A DNA stretch of 64,000 bases. It comes from Candidatus Saccharimonadota bacterium (GTDB lineage: Bacteria > Patescibacteriota > Saccharimonadia > Saccharimonadales > AWTP1-31). The stretch's first letter is position 1; each line of letters starts with the position of its first letter. The translations under genes were made by a program, and so were the position numbers. Positions 28,242 to 37,291 of this stretch are shown here, in pieces. The notes beneath the pieces were generated by a model. That model was not told where the DNA came from. It searched no databases and worked only from the letters and a program-made list of their open reading frames with translations. The DNA lies in the NCBI GenBank assembly GCA_052034955.1, contig JBPOHZ010000002.1:10790-74789 (forward strand). The letters run 5' to 3'.

Positions 28242-28856
28242 ATGTCAACGCCAGAATCTGATCATGAAGATACACCTCAAACTATTGATAATGACTCACT
28301 TGCCGTCCTTAAGTTAGTTACTGCTTCATTTAGAACTAGAGGCGCCACTCCCTCTATACTTGGTGCTGGCAATGATTTGTTCATCAATAACTGGGAAGAA
28401 GATGGTGCGTTTAATGGCTTGGAGGATGAAGACTCTATAGCAAATCAACCCGTAGCCGCAATTCTGGAGCTACCGAACGGTAGTCATAAATTTGATTCAT
28501 CACTATGCGCTTTTATGTTAGGTCCTGATGTTAAGTTATCTGGTAAAAGAGCTCATAAACTCCTGGGCGGATTTGTATTTTACTCGGAACCTCGAGATTG
28601 TGGTGTTGGAACTCATTCCGGAATTTTGATTTATAAGGACAATAAGGTTAAGGTTGAACATCACCCTTGGGCAATTGAAGAAAACGTAGACGAATCACAC
28701 ACAAAACTTTTTGAAGCACTACAGGAAATTACCGATGAGATAACTGTCGAGCCATATACGACTGAGTTACAAATGTTCTCAACTGGATGGGGATTAGCAG
28801 CAAAATTCTATGAGATGTGGCCAACAATCTTTGACGCAGCAACGAACCTTCCATAG
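28242..28856 (+). CDS. Hypothetical protein
   Basis: The ORF is taken from the ATG at MSTPESDHED, because the track's TTG start at 28206 lies inside the terminator hairpin. No motif recognised. Confidence 0.5.
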   Translation: MSTPESDHEDTPQTIDNDSLAVLKLVTASFRTRGATPSILGAGNDLFINNWEEDGAFNGLEDEDSIANQPVAAILELPNGSHKFDSSLCAFMLGPDVKLSGKRAHKLLGGFVFYSEPRDCGVGTHSGILIYKDNKVKVEHHPWAIEENVDESHTKLFEALQEITDEITVEPYTTELQMFSTGWGLAAKFYEMWPTIFDAATNLP

Positions 28857-28925
28857 AAATCATTACAGACTATTTAAAATGAGTTCTGGTTATTTTCTTC
28901 CATGTATTAAATAAATGCCCAAGTT

Positions 28926-28958
28926 AAGTTGCGAAGTACGTCCACTAGCGAGAGCCAA
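28926..28958 (+). repeat. 33-bp perfect direct repeat, copy 2
   Basis: Identical to 28029-28061. It lies 70 nt after the stop at 28856. Confidence 0.9.
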
Positions 28959-29023
28959 GAATATATAGGCAACAAGAAGTCCAGGAAGCATTCACGCTAC
29001 TAAACTTTTGTTATCATAAAAAC

Positions 29024-29293
29024 ATGATAAAAATCGAAAAAAAGATGTGGCCAGAGTCATATGAGCTTGTTCGTACCGGTAAGAAGACATACGACTTAAG
29101 ACTAGCTGACTGGAAGGTGCAGCCTGGAGATGTAATTATTTTTCGTGAGTGGGATCCAGAGACAAAAGAATACACTGGGTGCAGCATGGAAAAGAAGGTT
29201 GGTTACGTTGGAAAAACAAAAAGTTGGGAAGTCTGGCCCAAAGACGATATTGAAAAATTTGGCTATCAAGTCATATCGTTGTTGGATGAATAG
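29024..29293 (+). CDS. ASCH/PUA-like small protein (DUF3850-like)
   Basis: WPESYELVRTGKKTYDLRLADWKVQPGDVIIFREWD...YTG matches the DUF3850 pattern. Confidence 0.55.
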   Translation: MIKIEKKMWPESYELVRTGKKTYDLRLADWKVQPGDVIIFREWDPETKEYTGCSMEKKVGYVGKTKSWEVWPKDDIEKFGYQVISLLDE

Positions 29294-29363
29294 TCATAAC
29301 CTCATCAAAGTTTAATTACAGGGAGTAAACTGATATAGTCAAGAGAATGCTTAAGGAGGTGTT

Positions 29364-29747
29364 ATGAAGCTACCGAAAATTAAACCTGCATACGCTCACT
29401 GCGACCTACCGTGCGGGGTCTACGATCCAGCACAGGCACGTATCGAAGCCGAAAGTGTTTTAGCTATACAAGAAAAAATGGAGGGTCTCGATCCAGACAA
29501 CCGTATGCGGGCAATCATAATCAAAGAACAGCGAGCCGAGCTGGTAAAGCACCATCTATGGGTACTTTGGACCGACTATTTTAAGCCACCGCACCTCGAG
29601 AAATATCCTGACCTTCACGAGAAGTTTTGGAAAGCCACAAAGCAAGCAGGCGAATGCAAGCACCACAGTGAACCAGAAGAGGGCAAGAAATTACTGTCAA
29701 TGATAGATGAAATTGCCGATATATTTTGGGAGACCAAAAAAGCCTAA
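29364..29747 (+). CDS. sodN: Nickel superoxide dismutase precursor
   Basis: The nickel-hook motif HCDLPCGVYDP follows a short leader (MKLPKIKPAYA). The rest is a four-helix-bundle-length body. Confidence 0.9.
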   Translation: MKLPKIKPAYAHCDLPCGVYDPAQARIEAESVLAIQEKMEGLDPDNRMRAIIIKEQRAELVKHHLWVLWTDYFKPPHLEKYPDLHEKFWKATKQAGECKHHSEPEEGKKLLSMIDEIADIFWETKKA

Positions 29748-29749
29748 CA

Positions 29750-30028
29750 ATGATGCTGCGTAGAATTACCGGCAATAGCATGGCCCCGACTCTAAAGCCG
29801 GGTAAGATCATCTTGGTCAGTAAATGGCTGTACACCCCCAAGGTCAACGACATCGTCATGATCAGGCACCAAGGACTAGACAAGGTTAAGCGAATCCAAA
29901 CAGTTAGTACCCATTTCATCAAGGTAATCGGTGACAATACAGAAGAAAGCACAGACAGTCGGCACTTTGGATCAATCCCTCTAACAACCGTGGTCGGAAA
30001 AGTCTACACTTTTAATATCAGATTCTAG
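29750..30028 (+). CDS. sodX: S26-family signal-peptidase-like Ni-SOD maturation protease
   Basis: ITGNSMAPTLKPG (catalytic Ser), VKRI and GDNTEESTDSRHFG. The ATG lies 3 nt after the sodN stop. Confidence 0.8.
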   Translation: MMLRRITGNSMAPTLKPGKIILVSKWLYTPKVNDIVMIRHQGLDKVKRIQTVSTHFIKVIGDNTEESTDSRHFGSIPLTTVVGKVYTFNIRF

Positions 30029-30080
30029 TTTCTCCGTTGTACGGGTATGCCATGGATGCTATTATTTAAGCAATAACGTA

Positions 30081-33000
30081 ATGAGGGGACGGCCAGAGGT
30101 GCTTGTTGCTCGTTTTGGGATAATAGGGAGATTGCTAAAAAATATCAGTAAACGCAGTTTGCTGATTGTTATTGCTTTGCTATTAGCATGCCAAACTTTA
30201 GCAGTAACCCTCGAGGTCTCGGCCGCCGCGCCTGATCCTGTGGCCCATTGGACCCTAGACGAAGCTAGTGGAACCCGTAATGATAGCATCGGCAGTAATC
30301 ACCTCAGCCAAGTTGGGACGGTCAACGCCGTTGCAGGACAATTCGGTAACGCCGCAAGCTTCCCATCGACTGGTGGCAATAAGGCGCTTACTGTTAACGA
30401 CAATACTACTCTGAGTGTTGGTGGTGAAACTAGTTTTACGATGTCCTTGTGGGTTAAGCTAAATAGCCGAACCAACACGCAGGTATTTGCCGGCAAGTAT
30501 GGTGGGTCGGGGGAGTACGCCTTGTTCTACGAAAATGTGTATTCCCGTTTCGTCTTCTCGACATATGGTGTTGGTGGGACAAATAATTTTGTAATGGCAG
30601 ATCAGCTCGGTGTACCTGCGGTAGATACCTGGTATCACCTAACCGGAGTACACAATGCAGCAACCAACACCAACAGCATTAGCGTCAATGGCGGTACCTT
30701 CGACACCATTTCCAGCGTACCCGAACCAACCGATACCAGTGCTGCCTTTGTAGTCGGTGCCTTTAATGCTGCCGGTTCATCCTATCCGGCGCTCGCATCT
30801 GTGGATGATGTTAAATTCTGGAAGACTCCATTAGACCTAGCAGACATCGAAGAAGCCGCCGCACCGCCAAGTCCACTCGTTGCTCATTGGAAGTTCGACG
30901 AAGGCAGCGGCACATCGGCTATTGATTCTACAGGCAACGGCTATACCGGAACAATCAGTGGCGCGACCTACTCGACTAATACACCGGTAGTAAACTTTAC
31001 CAATCCCTATAGCCTTGAGTTTGACGGTATTAACGATGGTGTATCAACAGGCCTATCGGTCGACAATTTCGCCGAATTTACGCTTGCCGGATGGGCCTAC
31101 CCTCGATCGGCGGGGACTGCCGAGGGCTGGTTTGGAGCCAATGATGTCTTTGAGTTTATTTTTAACAGCCCCACCGAGCTACGTTGCTGGAGTAGCGCCG
31201 GCTCAGTCAACTGGAGCTTTGCCGGTGTCTCTAGTTTCCTGAATAACTGGCATCACATCACCTGTCTAGGTGATGGCGAGAATATAATATTGTATGTCGA
31301 CGGCAATGAAGTCGCTCGCCAGGCCCATACTCCAACAAATAACTACGGTTCAGGTAGTGACTTTACCATCGGAAAAGGAGTTCAGAATGGCGGAGACAGT
31401 GGCCCATTTGATGGCTACATAGACGATGTACGAGTCTATAACCGTGCTCTAACACCAGAAGAAATGGACGGCCTTGGCACTGGCGAAGCTGGTCCAGGCG
31501 GACCAATGGTTCCATCTGTCCAAGTTACTAGCCCGGCAGCTTCTAGCACAAACAACACCTGGAACCCGGTTATCAACTGGGGGGACAGCGATGAATGTGC
31601 ATACAGCTGGAATAACAGCACATGGATAGATGTTGCTTGCAGTAATAATGGTAATGACATTCCCGAGCCCGAAGAAGGCGAAAACATCACATTATATATT
31701 CATGCCAAGTACACTGGCAGCGAAGAATTTGGTATCAACTCCCGAACATTCGACTACGATACCACCGCTCCAACAGTTAACGCCGGAGATAACCGCCAAA
31801 CCAATTCCAGTTTTACCCAGAGTAGCGCCAGCGCCAACGACGGACTCACCGGCATAGACAGCTACGCCTGGACAAAACAGTCCGGCCCGGGCAGTGTAAC
31901 GTTTACCGATTCTAACGAGCTAAACACAGAGATCTCTGAAGTTAGTTTGGATGGTACCTATGTGCTGCGATTAACCGTAACCGACCAAGCAGGCAATACT
32001 GCCACCGACGACATAACCCTGATCTGGGACACAACCAGTCCAGAGATAGAGCTAACTGATTTTCCGGACCTTATCACCAACCAAACCACCGCCAGCTTTA
32101 GTTTTAGTGGATCGGAAAGTGTGTCTACACCCATAACCTTTGCCTGTAAGATAGATGCCCAAAGTTTTAATAGCTGCACTAGCCCTAAGGCCTATACGTT
32201 ACTAAGCGAAGGAGCGCATTCCGTAACCATTCGAGCAACAGACTCGGTTGGCAATATGCATACCAGCAATCCCTATGGTTGGACAATAGACACTACCGCG
32301 CCCGTCATAAGCCTTACGGGGAATAGCAATGTTACCGTTGTCCAAGGACAAGCCTACAACGACCCAGGCGCTACTGCCTCCGACAACTTAGACGGAACGA
32401 TATCCGAAGATATCATAACCACCAACCCAGTTAATACCAACACGGTTGGGACGTACATTATTAGCTACAACATATCCGATAGAGCAGGCAATCCGGCTAC
32501 AGAGATTACCCGTACGGTCACCGTTGTGAGTAATCTCGATCAAAATGACGACGGCACTGCCGACGCAATTCAAACCAACGTCGTAGGACTGACCAATACA
32601 GTGACTGAGGAACCAGCAGTTCTTGAGGCAGACGAAGACTGTTCAGTCGACACTGCCGTAGTGCAAGCTGAAGCTACCAACATCACCCAGGACACCGATT
32701 ACGACTATCCTGAAGGCTTGTTTAGCTTTAAGCTGATCTGCGATGCTGGCCATGACGCAACTATCAAGCTCTATCATTACCAGAGCCAATCTAGCCAAAG
32801 CTTACTTCGGAAATACAACCCGAATACCGGCGATTATTTTACGATTGACGACGCCCAGTTCACTAAAACAACCATCAACGATACTCCGGTTACTGTCGTG
32901 ACCTACCAAGTAAAAGACGGCAGTGAGCGGGACATGGATGGCCAAGTCAATGGCGAGATTATTGACCCAGCCGGCATAGCGCAAGCCGAGCCGTCCGCAT

Positions 33001-33152
33001 CAAACCTTGCCCAGACCGGCACCGACTCACTGCCCAACGCACCGTTCACCCTCCTTGGCTCGATCTCGTTTGTAATAATCTTAATCGTCAGTCGTAGGAA
33101 GTATTTATACCGAGCTCCTGTAACCAAACGCAGCGATAATCTACATAAATAG
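30081..33152 (+). CDS. Large secreted surface protein with LamG (concanavalin-A-like) repeats, Ig-like/DUF5011-like domains and a C-terminal LAQTG sorting signal
   Basis: Signal peptide. Repeated VAHW(T/K)(L/F)DE(A/G)SGT and DDV(K/R).....L LamG_3 signatures. The segment PGATASDNLDGT...GTYIISYNISDRAGN. LAQTG at 33006-33020, then a hydrophobic stretch and SRRK. Confidence 0.8.
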   Translation: MRGRPEVLVARFGIIGRLLKNISKRSLLIVIALLLACQTLAVTLEVSAAAPDPVAHWTLDEASGTRNDSIGSNHLSQVGTVNAVAGQFGNAASFPSTGGNKALTVNDNTTLSVGGETSFTMSLWVKLNSRTNTQVFAGKYGGSGEYALFYENVYSRFVFSTYGVGGTNNFVMADQLGVPAVDTWYHLTGVHNAATNTNSISVNGGTFDTISSVPEPTDTSAAFVVGAFNAAGSSYPALASVDDVKFWKTPLDLADIEEAAAPPSPLVAHWKFDEGSGTSAIDSTGNGYTGTISGATYSTNTPVVNFTNPYSLEFDGINDGVSTGLSVDNFAEFTLAGWAYPRSAGTAEGWFGANDVFEFIFNSPTELRCWSSAGSVNWSFAGVSSFLNNWHHITCLGDGENIILYVDGNEVARQAHTPTNNYGSGSDFTIGKGVQNGGDSGPFDGYIDDVRVYNRALTPEEMDGLGTGEAGPGGPMVPSVQVTSPAASSTNNTWNPVINWGDSDECAYSWNNSTWIDVACSNNGNDIPEPEEGENITLYIHAKYTGSEEFGINSRTFDYDTTAPTVNAGDNRQTNSSFTQSSASANDGLTGIDSYAWTKQSGPGSVTFTDSNELNTEISEVSLDGTYVLRLTVTDQAGNTATDDITLIWDTTSPEIELTDFPDLITNQTTASFSFSGSESVSTPITFACKIDAQSFNSCTSPKAYTLLSEGAHSVTIRATDSVGNMHTSNPYGWTIDTTAPVISLTGNSNVTVVQGQAYNDPGATASDNLDGTISEDIITTNPVNTNTVGTYIISYNISDRAGNPATEITRTVTVVSNLDQNDDGTADAIQTNVVGLTNTVTEEPAVLEADEDCSVDTAVVQAEATNITQDTDYDYPEGLFSFKLICDAGHDATIKLYHYQSQSSQSLLRKYNPNTGDYFTIDDAQFTKTTINDTPVTVVTYQVKDGSERDMDGQVNGEIIDPAGIAQAEPSASNLAQTGTDSLPNAPFTLLGSISFVIILIVSRRKYLYRAPVTKRSDNLHK

Positions 33153-33154
33153 TT

Positions 33155-33715
33155 ATGCAGAATGCTCCACATTTCTATGCCAAGAACAGAAAAAGCTGGA
33201 AGGCATGGCTCGACAAGAATCACGATAAGGAATCTTCTGTCTGGCTAATATTCGATAGGGGCCCGGGCCGAACAATGGCTTGGGAAGACATCGTACAAGA
33301 GTCTCTTTGCTATGGCTGGATAGATAGCAGGCCCGGTAAAGTATCTGACACCCAATCAAAGATCTACGTATCCAAGCGCAAACCAAAGAGCGTCTGGTCA
33401 AAGATAAATAAACAGCATATCGAAAAGTTGATGAGTGCAGGAAAGATGATGCCAGCAGGGCTTGAATCTGTAAAGGTAGCCAAGCAAAATGGCTCCTGGA
33501 ATGCTCTAGACCTATCCGACAACTTAGTATATCCTCCCGAACTAATAGAGCTGTTCCTTAGCAACCCTGTCGCCAGACAGAACTTCGATAGCTTTCCGGT
33601 CGGCGCAAAACGTAATACCTTACAATGGATTTACGACGCAAAAACAACCGACACCAAAATGAACAGAATAATCCAAACATTAGAGGCAGCTAAAGATAAT
33701 ATCCGATTGCGGTAG
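33155..33715 (+). CDS. YdeI/OmpD-associated family protein
   Basis: W.AWLDKNH, ESLCYGWIDS, SVWSKINK and the C-terminal NTLQWIYDAKT..T...RI pattern. Confidence 0.65.
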   Translation: MQNAPHFYAKNRKSWKAWLDKNHDKESSVWLIFDRGPGRTMAWEDIVQESLCYGWIDSRPGKVSDTQSKIYVSKRKPKSVWSKINKQHIEKLMSAGKMMPAGLESVKVAKQNGSWNALDLSDNLVYPPELIELFLSNPVARQNFDSFPVGAKRNTLQWIYDAKTTDTKMNRIIQTLEAAKDNIRLR

Positions 33716-33748
33716 ATCGAGTGCCGTTCTACAGATAGTCAAAAATGA

Positions 33749-33952
33749 CTAGGCAGTAAAACTCTGAAGGATATTGTAGACCAAGATGGCTGGCCAAGCT
33801 GCAGCCTTTAGTAGGGCTGCGATAATGTTCCAGAAACCGTCTACTTGATTTACAAAGTAAACTGCTGCACCAACGTATGCAATAAACAATGCAAAACCTA
33901 CAGACCCGTCGTTCTTGTTGATCTTTATGAAGTTTCTTTCATTCTTTGTCAT
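33749..33952 (-). CDS. Small two-TM membrane protein
   Basis: A 67-aa ORF with two hydrophobic helices. Confidence 0.45.
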   Translation of the reverse strand: MTKNERNFIKINKNDGSVGFALFIAYVGAAVYFVNQVDGFWNIIAALLKAAAWPAILVYNILQSFTA

Positions 33953-33983
33953 ATCTAGATTGTACCACCAGTTTATATAAACA

Positions 33984-35387
33984 CTAGTTATTTGGGTAGC
34001 TGGCTCTATCTATGTAGGTGTTGAGGTCGAACTTTCGTTGCAAACCGGCCTGGTTCATGTAGCGGATCTTGCCAAATACAGGTCTTTCAGACCATGGCCT
34101 GTCATGTAATCCACCAATAGACCAAAGTATTCCAACATATCCATTAGGATCATTTCCATCTATAGAATATTTATCATTCAAATATATTGCCGTATCGAGT
34201 GCCGACTGGGCGGTAGCCGACCATTCCAGTATCTTTTTTGCCCAGTACATACGCATGTAGCCGTGCATCTTACCAGTCTTGACCAACTCCATTTGAGCCG
34301 CATTCCAGGCTTTGTCGTGTGTTACAGCCTTCTCCCATTGTTCTTTTGAATACACAAATTCACGCTCATCAGATGCGTGCTCTTTCAAGGTTGCTTGTGC
34401 CCATTCTGGTGCTGCGCCTAGCGAGCGATAGTTTTTGCTATACAAACAGAAATTGTCGGATAACTCTTTTCGAACAATCATCTCCTCGAATAAGGCGTTC
34501 ATTCCATCTTGTTTGTCGGGCTTTTCACCAGGTTTTGCCAGCTTGGCCTGACGGAGCAATAACGGTGCTTGCCCTACGGCATCCCTTACGTCCAGAGCTA
34601 CCCGCAATGAGCTTATCTGACCAAAGTGCAGATAGGGGCTAAGTCCACTTTGTTGATCCACGGAAATATCGTTACGGCCAACCGCGTAATCTTCAAGACC
34701 GTTTTCTATCAGCAACTTCAGTCTTTGGTTTGCGGCTTTAGCTCCTGGCGGGTATCCATAAATTGCACCAGACTTGGGCAGAGAACTAATAAATTCTTCG
34801 AGCCCTTCAACTGATACAGATTCCAAGTTGATAGTCTTAATATTCTGAACCTTCATGGGGCTCGGGCTAACTAAATAATCGGCCAGTTTTTTATGCACTT
34901 TTAATCGCATGGTATGGGCAGCAAATTCTTGCTTATCCGATGCCACCCAGCATGGAATAATGTTATGCGTATCGACAACGATTACCTCGCCGCCAAAATG
35001 GCTAGCAACTTTTTTAACTATGTTTCTGGCCCCAAGCAACGGACTAAAATCAAAGAAAATAGCACTCGCCCGAAGATCATCACTTACTCCGGTTATTTCA
35101 TCAACTGGATTACCTAATTTGATAAACAGGGGTATACCCAATTTCTGTAATGACTGGTCGACTTCCTTTAGTCCATCAACCATGAACCTATATTGTTCTC
35201 CTGACCTAACTCCAACTTTTCTAATAACAAATAAAACGTACAGGGGAATATTGTTATTTAATGCGTATTCCTGGGCGGCAAGCAAGGCGTGATTGTCGTC
35301 AACCCTTTGATCACGAGACATAACATAAATAACAGAATCACCAGATAGCTTAGTATCTTTAATTATCTGCTGACGGCTTTTATCCAT
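33984..35387 (-). CDS. Class II CPD photolyase
   Basis: [42 protein letters not shown] and GGLHDRPW. The start is taken at MDKSRQQ. Confidence 0.88.
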   Translation of the reverse strand: MDKSRQQIIKDTKLSGDSVIYVMSRDQRVDDNHALLAAQEYALNNNIPLYVLFVIRKVGVRSGEQYRFMVDGLKEVDQSLQKLGIPLFIKLGNPVDEITGVSDDLRASAIFFDFSPLLGARNIVKKVASHFGGEVIVVDTHNIIPCWVASDKQEFAAHTMRLKVHKKLADYLVSPSPMKVQNIKTINLESVSVEGLEEFISSLPKSGAIYGYPPGAKAANQRLKLLIENGLEDYAVGRNDISVDQQSGLSPYLHFGQISSLRVALDVRDAVGQAPLLLRQAKLAKPGEKPDKQDGMNALFEEMIVRKELSDNFCLYSKNYRSLGAAPEWAQATLKEHASDEREFVYSKEQWEKAVTHDKAWNAAQMELVKTGKMHGYMRMYWAKKILEWSATAQSALDTAIYLNDKYSIDGNDPNGYVGILWSIGGLHDRPWSERPVFGKIRYMNQAGLQRKFDLNTYIDRASYPNN

Positions 35388-35727
35388 GCCGAAGTATCTT
35401 TTGTATATCCTTGCCTTTGGCAAGTTCATCAATGAGCTTGTCCATGTAGCGAATCTCTTGCATCAAAGGTTCTTTTATATCTTCTACTCGCACACCACAG
35501 ATTACTCCAGTTATTAACTTCCGGCTAGGATTCAATGTCGGTGCCTTGTCAAAGAACTCCTGAAAAGATATTTGATCTTCTAGAACTCTACTAAGTTTTT
35601 TAGCATCATATCCGGTTAGCCAGGCAATAATCTGATCTACTTCTTGCTTAGTGCGGCCTTTTCGCTCTGCTTTTGCAACATACAATGGGTAAACAGCGGC
35701 AAAAGCCATGCCATATATTCTTTCCAC
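35380..35727 (-). CDS. DUF2200-family protein
   Basis: [32 protein letters not shown] is characteristic of the family. Confidence 0.6.
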   Translation of the reverse strand: MERIYGMAFAAVYPLYVAKAERKGRTKQEVDQIIAWLTGYDAKKLSRVLEDQISFQEFFDKAPTLNPSRKLITGVICGVRVEDIKEPLMQEIRYMDKLIDELAKGKDIQKILRHG

Positions 35728-36038
35728 TAGCTGACCTTCTTTCGTTTGCTCAGGATCCCTCTAATCGAAGGGCTTATGGGCTTATCCTTGCGATGAATAC
35801 AGCCTATCCAGCAACACGGTCGACGTTTACCTTCTTGTAGCTCGGTTATCATCCTGGCAATATGGTTCTTCCTAGTTAAGGTTTGCTGAACAGTCACATT
35901 CCAGCATATCCATTCGTTACGGGCCAGGGGCGTCAGGCTATTCCAGGCCTTTAAGGCTTTAGGCGAAGATATTAAAGCCTTCTTGATATCTGGTTCCATT
36001 TTATGTTCCGTTCCACCAGGGATATTTGAGATAGTCAT
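35727..36038 (-). CDS. YdeI/OmdA-domain small protein
   Basis: [16 protein letters not shown]...[23 protein letters not shown]. Confidence 0.5.
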   Translation of the reverse strand: MTISNIPGGTEHKMEPDIKKALISSPKALKAWNSLTPLARNEWICWNVTVQQTLTRKNHIARMITELQEGKRRPCCWIGCIHRKDKPISPSIRGILSKRKKVS

Positions 36039-36095
36039 TCTATAATCTTACTATCAAAAGTTATCGATACAAATTTGTACTGCTATACTCCAGAT

Positions 36096-36347
36096 ATGAA
36101 GAAAGAATTTACACTAGAAGAAGCTCAAGCCATTGGCGCAAAGATCGGAATCGACTTTAATAAATTTGACGTAGAGCAATTCCGTATGGGTCTAGGCATA
36201 GAGCTAGAGCACGGATCTGACGACCCAGAGACCAATGTCACTAATGGTGATGTTTACTTGACTGGCAAGATTGCCTGGGCACATCTTAAGGAGATCTCTG
36301 ACTACTACACTCGACTAGAAAAAATGGAGTCTGACGCCGGAAGTTAA
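36096..36347 (+). CDS. Hypothetical small protein
   Basis: The ATG start at MKKEFTLEE is preferred to the TTG at 36075. Contains an ELEHG...IAWAHLKEISDYY motif. Confidence 0.45.
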   Translation: MKKEFTLEEAQAIGAKIGIDFNKFDVEQFRMGLGIELEHGSDDPETNVTNGDVYLTGKIAWAHLKEISDYYTRLEKMESDAGS

Positions 36348-36350
36348 AGT

Positions 36351-36740
36351 CTACTTTAGCCTAGTAAGTTGGCCTTTGTTCTTAACAATATTCTTGTAGT
36401 CCCATTGGATAGATTCTGCCTTATCGAGCCATCTAGCCAATGCATCTAAATCTATCTGATCAACAGCAGTGTATCTAGCTTCGGCCGCCTTATAAGAGCC
36501 CTCATCAGTCAAGCCCGGCTCATCGAATGACTGGCCACTCCAGAATAATAATCTTACACAACTCTTTAACACGTCATAGCCAACGATTGGGTTACCATCC
36601 GAAAACCAAACTGGGGCACCGTGCCATAGCTTGTTTTGATGTTCGGGGAAGGCCTTGCCTATACACTCGGCCAAAGTATTACAAATTTGCTTATTTACCT
36701 CGTCCTGCTTGTCGTTATAATCTTTTATTTCTTGATTCAT
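36351..36740 (-). CDS. DUF1801 (YdhG-like) domain protein
   Basis: KLWHGAPVWFSDGNPIVGY...RLLFWSGQSF pattern. Confidence 0.5.
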   Translation of the reverse strand: MNQEIKDYNDKQDEVNKQICNTLAECIGKAFPEHQNKLWHGAPVWFSDGNPIVGYDVLKSCVRLLFWSGQSFDEPGLTDEGSYKAAEARYTAVDQIDLDALARWLDKAESIQWDYKNIVKNKGQLTRLK

Positions 36741-36777
36741 ATCTTTATTCTACACCTTCATCTGATATGATAAACAA

Positions 36778-37173
36778 ATGTTAAAGACCAAGTGCATCCG
36801 GGTGGAGCACGAGCCAAGCGATGGTCTTCGTATTTCTATCATGAGCCGCCACACAGAGGACGACGGCCAGACTCCAGACAGCACTATCACGCCAGACAGC
36901 TATGATCAGTGGTGGCCAATACTAGGACCGCCCCTAGGGCTAATTGGGGCCTACTGTCGACAAGAAATAGACTGGGATGAATATACAGCCGGATTTATGG
37001 ACCATCTAGAAGAAGCACCTGTTGTCGATGTGGTTGAAAGACTAGCCCATATGGCCCTAAGGCGGAATGTTACACTTCTTTGCACCGAAGAGACACCAGA
37101 ACAATGCCATCGACGTTTAGTGGCCGAAAGATGCCAGGTTATAGTGCCGGAGCTCGAAATCGTATTGCTATAG
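36778..37173 (+). CDS. DUF488-family protein
   Basis: GLRISIMSRH N-terminus, LLCTEE...CHRRLVAE C-terminus. Confidence 0.6.
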   Translation: MLKTKCIRVEHEPSDGLRISIMSRHTEDDGQTPDSTITPDSYDQWWPILGPPLGLIGAYCRQEIDWDEYTAGFMDHLEEAPVVDVVERLAHMALRRNVTLLCTEETPEQCHRRLVAERCQVIVPELEIVLL

Positions 37174-37291
37174 CATTGCTATACTTAGATCATGGACCTC
37201 ACCAGATAGAGCAGTTTGTTATGAGGATCGTGTATTAATAAAACGTGGCACACTTGGAAAGTTTTGGATATTCATAAAAAGCCTTAGTTAA

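Noticed and set aside
28029-28958. The 33-bp repeats as integron attC sites, or as a CRISPR-like array
   Set aside because: There is no IntI-type tyrosine recombinase, no RYYYAAC/GTTRRRY core pair, and no internal attC-type imperfect palindrome. The copies are ~900 bp apart with genes between them, so this is not a CRISPR array, and no cas genes are present.
29581-29952. A 123-aa minus-strand ORF across sodN and sodX
   Set aside because: It is antisense to two genes with diagnostic motifs (the Ni-hook and the S26 catalytic Ser region).
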